Shown here in pieces: positions 8,824 to 16,013 of a stretch of DNA of 32,000 bases. Location of the stretch: assembly GCF_009617975.1 (NCBI RefSeq), contig NZ_CP040089.1:180001-212000 (forward strand). Reading direction: 5' to 3'. Made by a program: the position numbers and the translations under genes. The notes beneath the pieces were generated by a model, which was not told the DNA's origin, searched no databases, and was given only the letters and a program-made list of their open reading frames with translations. The DNA comes from Candidatus Nanohalobium constans (GTDB lineage Archaea > Nanohalarchaeota > Nanosalinia > Nanosalinales > Nanosalinaceae). How positions within the stretch are numbered: position 1 is the first letter of the stretch; every line of letters begins with the position of its first letter.

Positions 8824-9777
8824 TTAGGGGATAACCTGCAAGTCCGTAGTTCTGAAAACAGCCTCTATAACAAGTAAGCCACCGGCTAACAGGAAGAACC
8901 AGGTTGAAATATCGTTCCTGCTCTTCTTCTCTTCCAACTCAATGAATGCATCCTGCAGACCCTGCCTGTTTGACACGAATACAGCCTCTCCGCCTGTTGA
9001 ATTCGATAAATTGTTCAGACCATCTCGGTTCAGATTAGGAAATTCCATTCGAGAAGCGTTGTTACCCTGGATAATTCCGAAATCATCCTGAGTGTTATTT
9101 GAGCTACCTCCGATCCCAATAGCATTTACTGTGGTATTCTGTCGCTGGGCATAATTTGCTGATTCATTCAAACTTTGACCCACTGTGTTACGACCATCGG
9201 TAATCAGTATCACAGTTCCAGGCTTTTCGTTGCCTGTCAGCATCGTAACCCCAGCCGCTACAGCGTCGCCTGTCGCAGTTCCGCCTCTTCCTCCTATACT
9301 GGTCTGGCTTATACTATTTCTTAAGGCTGAATGCTCGTTGGTTAACTCCTGCTCCTCATTTACACTTCCAGCATAGGAGATCAGACCTACTTGTGAACTG
9401 TTGCCCAGCTGTGAAACAAAGTCTTTTGAAACATCTTTGGCAGCCTGAAAACGATTAGGTTCAATATCCGATGTGAACATGGAGGCGGATGAATCCAGAA
9501 CCAGCACAAAGTCTGAATCAGATCCCATTACCTCCTGAACAAGTACAGGGCTCGATAAACCAATCAGTAAAGCGGTCACAGCTAAAATTCTTGTAATCAA
9601 AATCAGGTCATCCGAACGCAGGAAGTTTCCACCCGCCACCTTCTTCAAAGTCTCGTAGTTTCCAAATTGCATCACTCTCTCACGCTTCTTCTTACGTCCG
9701 TATAAAAACATTAATACTAGCAGACCATTCAGTAACAGTAGTAAACCAGCGTATTCTGCGGTAAAAGATAGCTTCAC
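8824..9777 (-). CDS. BatA-like von Willebrand factor A (VWA) membrane protein
   Basis: The GTG start overlaps the DUF58 stop (GTGA at 9774-9777). Two N-terminal TM helices and a MIDAS motif (LVLDSSASM) are present. The downstream VWA core is ILITDGRNTVG and NAIGIG. A C-terminal TM follows (WFFLLAGGLLVIEAVF). Confidence 0.85.
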   Translation of the reverse strand: MKLSFTAEYAGLLLLLNGLLVLMFLYGRKKKRERVMQFGNYETLKKVAGGNFLRSDDLILITRILAVTALLIGLSSPVLVQEVMGSDSDFVLVLDSSASMFTSDIEPNRFQAAKDVSKDFVSQLGNSSQVGLISYAGSVNEEQELTNEHSALRNSISQTSIGGRGGTATGDAVAAGVTMLTGNEKPGTVILITDGRNTVGQSLNESANYAQRQNTTVNAIGIGGSSNNTQDDFGIIQGNNASRMEFPNLNRDGLNNLSNSTGGEAVFVSNRQGLQDAFIELEEKKSRNDISTWFFLLAGGLLVIEAVFRTTDLQVIP

Positions 9778-10670
9778 CAGTCCTCACCTGCCTCATCGAA
9801 GTATTTAGCGAACTTGGCTGAGAACTGGTCACGTGTATCAATCTTTATGATTGAGGCGCCGGCACCTTCAACCTTGTTAACAATCCTTTCCTCTCGTTTC
9901 TGAGCCTCCTCATTATACTCTTCTTTGACCTTGGACGTGTTGACGACTAATTGTTCTCCTGTAGAGATATCTCCAAAACGCATGTTCCCATTATCCGGGA
10001 GTTTGTAGTCCCTCAAGTCCTTCACCATCACATTCATGACATGCCGGAACTTTTTCGAAGCAACAAGCATCTTAGACTTCCAGTCCCCCTTGGGTCTGAT
10101 AAAGTCAGATATAATAAATACAGAAGTATTTTCCTTAATCTGTCCAATTATGCTGTTTAAAGCATGCTCAAGGTTAAAATCGCCGCCATAATTTCCGAAA
10201 TCAGCCACCTCATGAAGAATCCTCTGGTACTGTGCATTACCGCCTCCTGGAGCAATATACAGCTCGTCCTCTCCAAAAAGACCGAAGCCAACATCAATAC
10301 CGGCATCAGTAGAAGCGTAAGCGATAGCAGCAGCAACAACTGCTGCGTACTCTGACTTCATCTTGTCTGTAGTACCGAACATCATGGAGTTGGACGCATC
10401 CAGAGCGATGAATACGTCCATGTCCTTTTCCTCCTCGTACTCCTTGACGAAAAGGTCTTCTGACTTGGCCGAGTTCTTCCAGTCGATTCTTGATGCGTCG
10501 TCACTGGTATTGTACTGTCTTAGGTCGGAGAACTCGATGCCCGAAGCCTGGAACTGCTCCTTGTACTTCAACGCGAATCGAAACGTATCGGCGACTCGCT
10601 TAACCTCGGAGTCCACCTCTGCAACGACATCGTCAGTCTCGAAGAAATCCTCCTCACGCATCTCAGTCAT
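9774..10670 (-). CDS. DUF58 family protein (VWA-like, canonical MoxR partner)
   Basis: Motifs GIEFSDLRQYNTSDDASRIDWKNSAK and VFIALDASNSMMFG are typical of DUF58. Its position between a MoxR ATPase and a BatA-like VWA gene supports the call. Confidence 0.85.
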   Translation of the reverse strand: MTEMREEDFFETDDVVAEVDSEVKRVADTFRFALKYKEQFQASGIEFSDLRQYNTSDDASRIDWKNSAKSEDLFVKEYEEEKDMDVFIALDASNSMMFGTTDKMKSEYAAVVAAAIAYASTDAGIDVGFGLFGEDELYIAPGGGNAQYQRILHEVADFGNYGGDFNLEHALNSIIGQIKENTSVFIISDFIRPKGDWKSKMLVASKKFRHVMNVMVKDLRDYKLPDNGNMRFGDISTGEQLVVNTSKVKEEYNEEAQKREERIVNKVEGAGASIIKIDTRDQFSAKFAKYFDEAGEDW

Positions 10671-10687
10671 ACAATTAGAAGATAGGA

Positions 10688-10704
10688 AACTCTGGAATAA
10701 AAAA
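10688..10704 (-). promoter_or_regulatory. TATA-containing 17-nt element upstream of DUF58 (copy 2 of a repeat also found upstream of MoxR)
   Basis: The plus strand reads aactctggaataaaaaa (minus strand TTTTTTATTCCAGAGTT). It lies 18-34 nt upstream of the DUF58 ATG (10670) and is identical to 12400-12416. Confidence 0.55.
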
Positions 10705-10709
10705 TCAAG

Positions 10710-11093
10710 CTACTTGTTCCTGAAGTTCTTGTTCTCAGTATCAATGTCTTCGTAGAATTCATCTGAACTCAGTATAGGCATTCCTTCTGACAGTGCTGCG
10801 TGAAAGGCGTCAAATATTGTCGAGTTCTTCTCATCTATGTAGAACATCGCCTGTAGGACTGTCTCTTCATCAGTATACATTAAATCACAGAAGCTCAGTA
10901 TATCTCTAACAAGAGGTGCGAAATTTTCTATATCGTAATCTCTATCAAGAATCATTACAACCTCGGCTAAGGCCAATATAGAAGTCTCTATATCTCCTCT
11001 GTTTTCTTCCAAGACTTCCATAGCGCTTTCCTTCAGCCAATCTTCATCCTTTATGACTGCTAGGATAAAATCTGAGTCGGCGTAAATAACTAC
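10710..11093 (-). CDS. vapC: PIN-domain toxin (VapC-like); no canonical start codon in the open frame
   Basis: The track ORF starts at an internal Met (11021). The frame stays open upstream to 11093 and encodes VVIYADSDFILAVIKDEDWLKESA, which supplies the first PIN acidic residue. The other PIN signatures are IETSILALAEVV and FDAFHAALSEGMPILSSDEFY. Between the in-frame TGA (11096-11094) and the first Asp there are only GTA GTT ATT TAC GCC. Confidence 0.7.
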   Translation of the reverse strand, partial: VVIYADSDFILAVIKDEDWLKESAMEVLEENRGDIETSILALAEVVMILDRDYDIENFAPLVRDILSFCDLMYTDEETVLQAMFYIDEKNSTIFDAFHAALSEGMPILSSDEFYEDIDTENKNFRNK

Positions 11094-11326
11094 TCACCTG
11101 CCTGTTCCTTCAAGGCTTCACGAGCCTCTTCTTGAAGTTCTTTAGCACTTCTGTCGTCCTCTCTAACACTCTTAGTTCTCTCCCTTAAATCTTCTATCGG
11201 ATCCTCAGGTATAGGTATAAGCCGGATAGAACCTTCAAATCTAACAATACGATATTCCTTCTCATCCTTTCTATATTCTTTTGGGATGACGATTCTACCT
11301 CTAGAGTCCATTTCAACTTTAGCCAT
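11090..11326 (-). CDS. vapB: AbrB/SpoVT-type antitoxin (VapB-like)
   Basis: MAKVEMDSRGRIVIPKEYRKDEKEYRIVRFEGSIRLIPI is a SpoVT-AbrB swapped-hairpin motif, followed by an acidic and basic C-terminal tail. I prefer the ATG at 11326 to the GTG at 11377. The stop overlaps the start region of the PIN ORF. Confidence 0.75.
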   Translation of the reverse strand: MAKVEMDSRGRIVIPKEYRKDEKEYRIVRFEGSIRLIPIPEDPIEDLRERTKSVREDDRSAKELQEEAREALKEQAGE

Positions 11327-11377
11327 TTTTATCCCACATTGTTTATTTGGTTCCCAAGAATTAAATTTCTTTCCCAC

Positions 11378-12385
11378 TTACCTAACCGGGACACGATTCA
11401 CGATGTTCTCAATGATGTCCTCAACCTCGATTCCCTGAGCCTCTCCCTCGTAGTTAAGCATGATTCTATGGACGAAAACCTCCTCGATAATATCTCTGAT
11501 GTCCTCAGGAGTCACGTAATGCCTGCCCTGATAAAGCGCTTGAGCTCTTCCAGCCAAAGCCAGGTTAATAGAAGCTCTCGGTGTACAGCCCCATTCAATA
11601 TAATCGGCGTACTCCATGCCATAGTCAGCAGGGTTTCTGGATGCATCGACCAGGTCAACGATGTATTCCTTGATTTCCGGTCGTACAACAACCTGTTTGG
11701 AGAATGCCTGAAGATTCTTCACTTCCTCTCTCGAGACAACAGCCGAAACATCAAAGTCATCGTCATCCATGATATTGGCGTTCATATCGATGATCTTCTG
11801 CTCATTCTTCTTCTTAGGATAGTCTAAATAGATCTTGAAAAGAAATCTGTCGATCTGAGCCTCTGGGAGCGGATAAGTTCCTCCCTGCTCGACCGGGTTC
11901 TGCGTAGCCATAGTGAAGAACGGTTCTGGCAGATGGAAGGTTTCATCTCCGATAGATACTTTGTGCTCCTGCATAGCCTCAAGCATAGCACTTTGAACTT
12001 TTGGCGGTGCACGGTTGATTTCGTCGGCTAGGATGAAGTTAGCGAAAATCGGTCCTTTCTCAACGTAGAAACCTTTGTCATCGTTGTAAGCCTCTACGCC
12101 GACGATGTCGGAAGGTAGTTTGTCCGGCGTGAACTGGATACGATTGAACTCTGTGTTCTCAACAACTCTTCCAAGCTGTTCGACCAGAAGACTTTTTCCC
12201 AGTCCTGGTACGCCTTCAAGCAAAATGTTTCCTCCGGCGGCAACTGTAAGTAGTATCTTGTTGATGACCTCTTCCTGTCCAATGTAACCCTTCTGAATCT
12301 CACTCTCCATCCTGTGCATTATCTCCTTGAAATGCTCGGCCTTCTCCTCCATCTCTGACTCGGAAAGATCATCATACTTTGCCAT
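11378..12385 (-). CDS. moxR: MoxR-family AAA+ ATPase
   Basis: Walker A LLEGVPGLGKS, Walker B ILADEINRAPPKVQSAMLEAMQE, and a sensor region TQNPVEQGGTYPLPEAQIDRF. I prefer the ATG at 12385 (MAKYDDLSE...) to the TTG at 12451, because a TATA-like box lies about 26 nt upstream of 12385. Confidence 0.9.
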   Translation of the reverse strand: MAKYDDLSESEMEEKAEHFKEIMHRMESEIQKGYIGQEEVINKILLTVAAGGNILLEGVPGLGKSLLVEQLGRVVENTEFNRIQFTPDKLPSDIVGVEAYNDDKGFYVEKGPIFANFILADEINRAPPKVQSAMLEAMQEHKVSIGDETFHLPEPFFTMATQNPVEQGGTYPLPEAQIDRFLFKIYLDYPKKKNEQKIIDMNANIMDDDDFDVSAVVSREEVKNLQAFSKQVVVRPEIKEYIVDLVDASRNPADYGMEYADYIEWGCTPRASINLALAGRAQALYQGRHYVTPEDIRDIIEEVFVHRIMLNYEGEAQGIEVEDIIENIVNRVPVR

Positions 12386-12399
12386 AAAGAATACTCGTG

Positions 12400-12416
12400 A
12401 ACTCTGGAATAAAAAA
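12400..12416 (-). promoter_or_regulatory. TATA-containing 17-nt element upstream of MoxR (copy 1)
   Basis: The plus strand reads aactctggaataaaaaa, 15-31 nt upstream of the MoxR ATG (12385). It is an exact copy of 10688-10704. Confidence 0.55.
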
Positions 12417-12477
12417 CTACGATCAACCAAAGATTTAATACTTTGGTGCAACTATAGAATACTAGGGTGAAATAATT

Positions 12478-12708
12478 ATGGCTTCTGTATCGGTCAAGAT
12501 TCCGGACAACCTGAAAAAACAGATAGAGGAGAGATCGGAGGAAGAAGGCTTCATGAACAGCTCTGAGTACATCAGACAGGCTGTCAGGGAAAAAATAAAA
12601 CAGGAAACACAGCTATACCCGGACGAACTAAGAAGACTGGTGAAACAAGGTGAAGTAGAAGAAAAAGACAGTAAAAGCCTTGAAGAACTTAGAGAAGAAC
12701 TCAGGTAA
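12478..12708 (+). CDS. Ribbon-helix-helix (CopG/Arc-type) antitoxin
   Basis: The N-terminus SVSVKIPDNLKKQIEERSEEEGFMNSSEYIRQAVREKI is a typical RHH beta strand plus two helices. An SD-like AGGGTGA lies upstream. The toxin gene follows after 3 nt. Confidence 0.7.
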   Translation: MASVSVKIPDNLKKQIEERSEEEGFMNSSEYIRQAVREKIKQETQLYPDELRRLVKQGEVEEKDSKSLEELREELR

Positions 12709-12711
12709 CTG

Positions 12712-13017
12712 ATGCAGCTTGAAGTAACCGAAGAAGCCGAAGAAGACCTGGAAGCTCTGGAAAAAGATATCAAAGATAGAATTATAGATGAGCTGGAAAA
12801 ACTTCAGAAAAATGCAACACCTGAAAAATCAACCTATATACAAATCGGCGACATGGACTTATTCCGTTTGAAACTGCAAAAAGAAGATAGAAATTCCAGA
12901 TTAAATCACAGAATCTTTTACCAGATAAAAGACAGCAAGATATACATCAGAGGAATCTTCCACAGACAGAAAGGCTACGGTACAGAAACAAGGCAAGAAC
13001 TGGAAGACAGAATCTAA
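12712..13017 (+). CDS. RelE/ParE-superfamily toxin
   Basis: About 100 aa. FRLKLQKEDRNSRLNHRIFYQIKDSKIYIRGIFHRQKGY fits the RelE/ParE C-terminal beta sheet pattern (yR.r.g..Ri.Y.i....i.i..i.hR). It sits immediately downstream of an RHH gene. Confidence 0.7.
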   Translation: MQLEVTEEAEEDLEALEKDIKDRIIDELEKLQKNATPEKSTYIQIGDMDLFRLKLQKEDRNSRLNHRIFYQIKDSKIYIRGIFHRQKGYGTETRQELEDRI

Positions 13018-13034
13018 TATCTTGGCTAAAAACT

Positions 13035-13223
13035 TTAGTCAAGTAACGGCCTGTAAACCGCAATAAGACGTAATCCAAGAAAACCTAAAACAGCCCACAA
13101 AACTCTAGCCAGAGAAGCAACTAACTCTGGCCTAGTAACGTCTAGAACCTGAACAGCAGCAAACACAAAAACACCTGCACTGAAAACATAATTCTGCAGA
13201 GATCTATCCTCAAGAACTCTCAT
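13035..13223 (-). CDS. Possible small two-TM protein (weakly supported)
   Basis: Two hydrophobic segments are present (YVFSAGVFVFAAVQVL and VLWAVLGFLGLRLIAVY). Composition is non-acidic, and no family or clear start signal was recognised. Confidence 0.3.
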   Translation of the reverse strand: MRVLEDRSLQNYVFSAGVFVFAAVQVLDVTRPELVASLARVLWAVLGFLGLRLIAVYRPLLD

Positions 13224-13296
13224 TCACACGAATTAAATCCTCATGAATATCCTCAAGAGTAATCTCTTCCTCACTCATACACTCGGCTTAACCATG

Positions 13297-13390
13297 CCAA
13301 AAAATAAAAAATATCATTGTGTGCTCTAGCGAAACACTCGTGTTTCTCTAATTCAAGATGTGTTTGAATAAGAAAGAGAAAAAAGAAAGT
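13297..13390 (-). terminator. Putative terminator region of the 401-aa secreted-protein gene
   Basis: On the minus strand a pyrimidine and oligo-T tract (CTTTCTTTTTTCTCTTTCTT, plus coordinates about 13370-13390) starts just after the stop. A perfect palindrome GAAACAC-tc-GTGTTTC follows at 13331-13346. A second T-run (ATTTTTTATTTTTTGG, plus coordinates 13297-13313) comes after that. Archaeal terminators are typically oligo-T. Confidence 0.4.
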
Positions 13391-13393
13391 AGG

Positions 13394-14599
13394 TTAGTTG
13401 CTTCCTAGCTGAGAGTCTGCAGTTGCGACAACGGTTACTGTACCTGTGTCAATTCTGCTTCTGTCGACTCCGTTCGGTAGCTGAACTCCAATGTTAATTG
13501 GGAAGTTCTGTCCAGGCTGTAATCTGTCTCCGTCAGTGTTTGCGAAGAAGATTGCCTGCTGTGCACCAGAGTTTGTCTCACTTGTCCTGTATGTCGGATT
13601 GCCGCTTGAAAGCTGCGGGCTCTGTTGCTCGACGTTGAAGTGAGTTCTGACAATCTGGGTGCCATTAGCGTTATCTCCATCTACAAAAAGATTGTAATTT
13701 CTAGCTTCTGAACTGTCAATGTCGCTTGCGTTTGAAGATGCAGATCCTTCGTTAATCAAGCTTTGACCTGTGAACTGGTCGCTTGATGTGTCGAATGAGA
13801 CGAGCGTATGGCTGTCAATTCTTGAGACTCCTGATTCTCCGCTTGATGACTGGCTACTTGCGTTGTACTCTGTGTAGTCAACTTCTCCGTCCACATCGTC
13901 AGGGTTTCTAAAGTCTACTGTTCCTAGCTGTGTTGGTGTGTGAGGAGTGTCTCCTACTCTCAGTACCCAGTCGTCGTTTGTTCCTGTACTTGGAGTGCTT
14001 GTTTCTGAGTAAAGTGCCCAGAAATATTCTGCAGCTCCGACACGGAATCTTCCTACTCTTGAAGCGCCAATGTCGTTAATTGCTGTTGTTCCTCCTGTAA
14101 GTTGTACTCCATCGTTATCTCCATCTGTTTCTTCGTTGAAGATGTACTCTGGAGGATTCTCTTCAGCGTACTCAACTCTGTTCAGGTAGGTCATGTTACT
14201 TAGTCCGTTGACACCGGGAATTGAATACTCGTTGGATGCCGTTTCTGTACTTAGTGTCACAAAGTTACCTGTGTTGAAGTTGTTTGCTGATGAGTCTCCG
14301 AAAGGATTGTCTTGATGCATTGTAGCTTCAGCGTGTATCTGTTCGATTGGAACAGATCCAATGTTTTCTAAGTCGATGTGTTCGTATCCTTCGTCAGAAA
14401 TAGCTACATCTGCACCGGGTGCAATCCCTGAGTCGCCGCTACCTTCTCCGTATGTTAGAGCGGAAGGGCGAACATCTATCTGAGTCACATCCGAGACATT
14501 GACTGTTACATCGCTTTCTTGTTCCTGAGCTGTTACTGAAGAGACCATGCCGAATGTTATTGCAGCCGTTAATAGTGTTAGTGCTAATTTTCTTTTCAT
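13394..14599 (-). CDS. Secreted Thr/Ser/Asn/Gly/Asp-rich protein without a membrane anchor; candidate abundant surface or filament subunit
   Basis: Sec signal peptide MKRKLALTLLTAAITFGMVSSVTAQE and no C-terminal TM. An Ig-like motif is present (IAPGADVAISDEGYEHIDLENIGSVPIE). A perfect SD GGAGGTGA lies 8 nt before the ATG. A 307-nt upstream region and an oligo-T terminator make this a monocistronic unit. Confidence 0.8.
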   Translation of the reverse strand: MKRKLALTLLTAAITFGMVSSVTAQEQESDVTVNVSDVTQIDVRPSALTYGEGSGDSGIAPGADVAISDEGYEHIDLENIGSVPIEQIHAEATMHQDNPFGDSSANNFNTGNFVTLSTETASNEYSIPGVNGLSNMTYLNRVEYAEENPPEYIFNEETDGDNDGVQLTGGTTAINDIGASRVGRFRVGAAEYFWALYSETSTPSTGTNDDWVLRVGDTPHTPTQLGTVDFRNPDDVDGEVDYTEYNASSQSSSGESGVSRIDSHTLVSFDTSSDQFTGQSLINEGSASSNASDIDSSEARNYNLFVDGDNANGTQIVRTHFNVEQQSPQLSSGNPTYRTSETNSGAQQAIFFANTDGDRLQPGQNFPINIGVQLPNGVDRSRIDTGTVTVVATADSQLGSN

Positions 14600-14607
14600 C
14601 TAAAATT

Positions 14608-14615
14608 TCACCTCC
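14608..14615 (-). promoter_or_regulatory. Shine-Dalgarno GGAGGTGA of the 401-aa secreted-protein gene
   Basis: The plus strand reads tcacctcc, which is GGAGGTGA on the minus strand, with 8 nt of spacing to the ATG at 14599. Confidence 0.6.
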
Positions 14616-14873
14616 TTATGCTTGATAACTGGTTTTTTCCGTTGGAAAGTTGAAGATTTCTTATCTAAAATTCCTACAAAACAACTACTAGAAGAACCGA
14701 TACTGGAAATTTGGGTTGATGTGTCTAATCTTTTTACCATGTTAGATTTACCTTGTTCATTCTGCCCCTCATAATCCCCTACCTCAGATTTTGCAAAGCC
14801 GGTATAAAAAGGTTTTACTAATATTCCGACTTACCCATTTTCGCTTCATTCTGTTCTGATGCTGTTCGCTGGG

Positions 14874-14880
14874 TTTAAAA
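14874..14880 (+). promoter_or_regulatory. TATA-like box (TTTAAAA) for the 14907 operon
   Basis: It lies 27-33 nt upstream of the ATG at 14907 with no SD in between, consistent with a leaderless transcript. Confidence 0.45.
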
Positions 14881-14906
14881 TCCTTCAAAAATATAGGTTG
14901 TGATAT

Positions 14907-16010
14907 ATGAAGCTAAGACTCATCCTATTAATTTTATCTGGTTTAATGTTCTCAACTCTTGCTGCAGGGAATTCCGTAGGCGCATTACCAGGTACTATTG
15001 ATTTTGGCACAGTTAATCCAGGAGAAACAGTTACACAAGAAATTTATATTAGAGGAACAAATGTGCCTGAAAATTTTTCAATAAGACCTAGTGCAAACAG
15101 TGTTGACGCCTCAACACTCTTTTCGGGAGATGCTGAAGACAAAAGAGAAATATCTGAGCAAAGTGCGGAGGACTGGTGGAATTTTGAAAGGAGCCTTGTA
15201 AACCCTGAAACTGAAGTAGATTATTCAGAGGTCAATGTTCAGAATCCGCCTACGCTGCATGGATCTACAACTGCTACCTTGGAAATACCTAATGATGCAG
15301 AACCAGGAGTGCGATATGGTCATATTCGCTTAAACCCTGACTTTTCTCCTCTTAACCAAAGCAGCGGTTCAGGAGCAAAAATTGTATCTCCTACTCGTTT
15401 AACTTACTCGTTTAGAGTATCTGGAACTGTAAGAAGAGATATAGAGGTGCAGGATGTAAGAGGGTTTAGATTGGACGAAGATGAAGCTGCTGTCGAGGTA
15501 CTCCTTGTGAATGAAGGTACTGTTACGACATCTACAGAGAATCTTAGATTAGATATACTTGATTCGAGCAGGGATGAAGAGACAACCTTGACTGCTTCAG
15601 GAACTTCGCTTGCTCCGGGAGAATCACAATGGGTGGAGGCAAACTGGGCAGATAACTCTGGAATTGAACAGGGAGAATACCAAGTAGGAGGGCAGGTAGA
15701 CTATTTGACTGGGAGCGCTACTGCCTCAGGAGACTTCTCGCTGCCAGATTTTGATGTTGTTGAGGTTAGACCAGAGGATAGTCCTGGAAGCGACAATCAA
15801 GATGGGGGCAGTGTTCCAATCTGGTTCGTAATTATTGTACTGGTTATTCTCGGTGTTTTGATGTGGGGCTTTGAGATTGAGCCTTTCTGGATAGTCACCA
15901 TTTTGGGAGTTCTCGGTATTTCGGCGTTTGTTTTGTTGAGTGGTTTGCCGAATTACTTGTTGGTAGTATTATTAATCATGGTTGGTATCGTTATCTATGG
16001 AGGAATGTAA
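14907..16010 (+). CDS. Exported protein with two Ig-like (CARDB/NEW3-like) modules and three C-terminal TM helices
   Basis: Signal peptide MKLRLILLILSGLMFSTLAAG. The first module is GTIDFGTVNPGETVTQEIYIRG ... LEIPNDAEPGVRYGHIRL. The second is VEVLLVNEGTVTTSTENLRLDIL ... APGESQWVEANW ... GEYQVGGQVDY. The C-terminus is IWFVIIVLVILGVLMWGF, FWIVTILGVLGISAFVLL and LLVVLLIMVGIVIYG. Confidence 0.75.
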   Translation: MKLRLILLILSGLMFSTLAAGNSVGALPGTIDFGTVNPGETVTQEIYIRGTNVPENFSIRPSANSVDASTLFSGDAEDKREISEQSAEDWWNFERSLVNPETEVDYSEVNVQNPPTLHGSTTATLEIPNDAEPGVRYGHIRLNPDFSPLNQSSGSGAKIVSPTRLTYSFRVSGTVRRDIEVQDVRGFRLDEDEAAVEVLLVNEGTVTTSTENLRLDILDSSRDEETTLTASGTSLAPGESQWVEANWADNSGIEQGEYQVGGQVDYLTGSATASGDFSLPDFDVVEVRPEDSPGSDNQDGGSVPIWFVIIVLVILGVLMWGFEIEPFWIVTILGVLGISAFVLLSGLPNYLLVVLLIMVGIVIYGGM

Positions 16011-16013
16011 AAC

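Noticed and set aside
10363-11827. Plus-strand ORFs 10363-10755 and 11339-11827, antisense to DUF58, vapB and MoxR
   Set aside because: They lie opposite strongly supported genes, have Ser/Leu-rich or otherwise odd composition, and show no recognisable motifs.
12386-12451. 22-codon N-terminal extension of MoxR starting at a TTG
   Set aside because: The extension covers the 17-nt TATA-containing element. The ATG at 12385 gives a normal MoxR N-terminus and leaderless geometry.
13210-13278. 22-aa acidic mini-ORF (MSEEEITLEDIHEDLIRVNESS) on the minus strand, overlapping the start of 13035-13223
   Set aside because: It is too short to support from sequence alone and has no recognisable family. 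It is noted only because it may indicate a mis-predicted or frameshifted small gene together with the weak 62-aa ORF.
14599-14673. 10-nt direct repeat atctaaaatt at 14599-14608 and 14663-14672 in the leader and promoter region of the 401-aa gene
   Set aside because: It is short and AT-rich and could easily arise by chance. The upstream copy may simply be the TATA box (TTTTAGATAA on the coding strand). I did not see enough to call a regulatory repeat.
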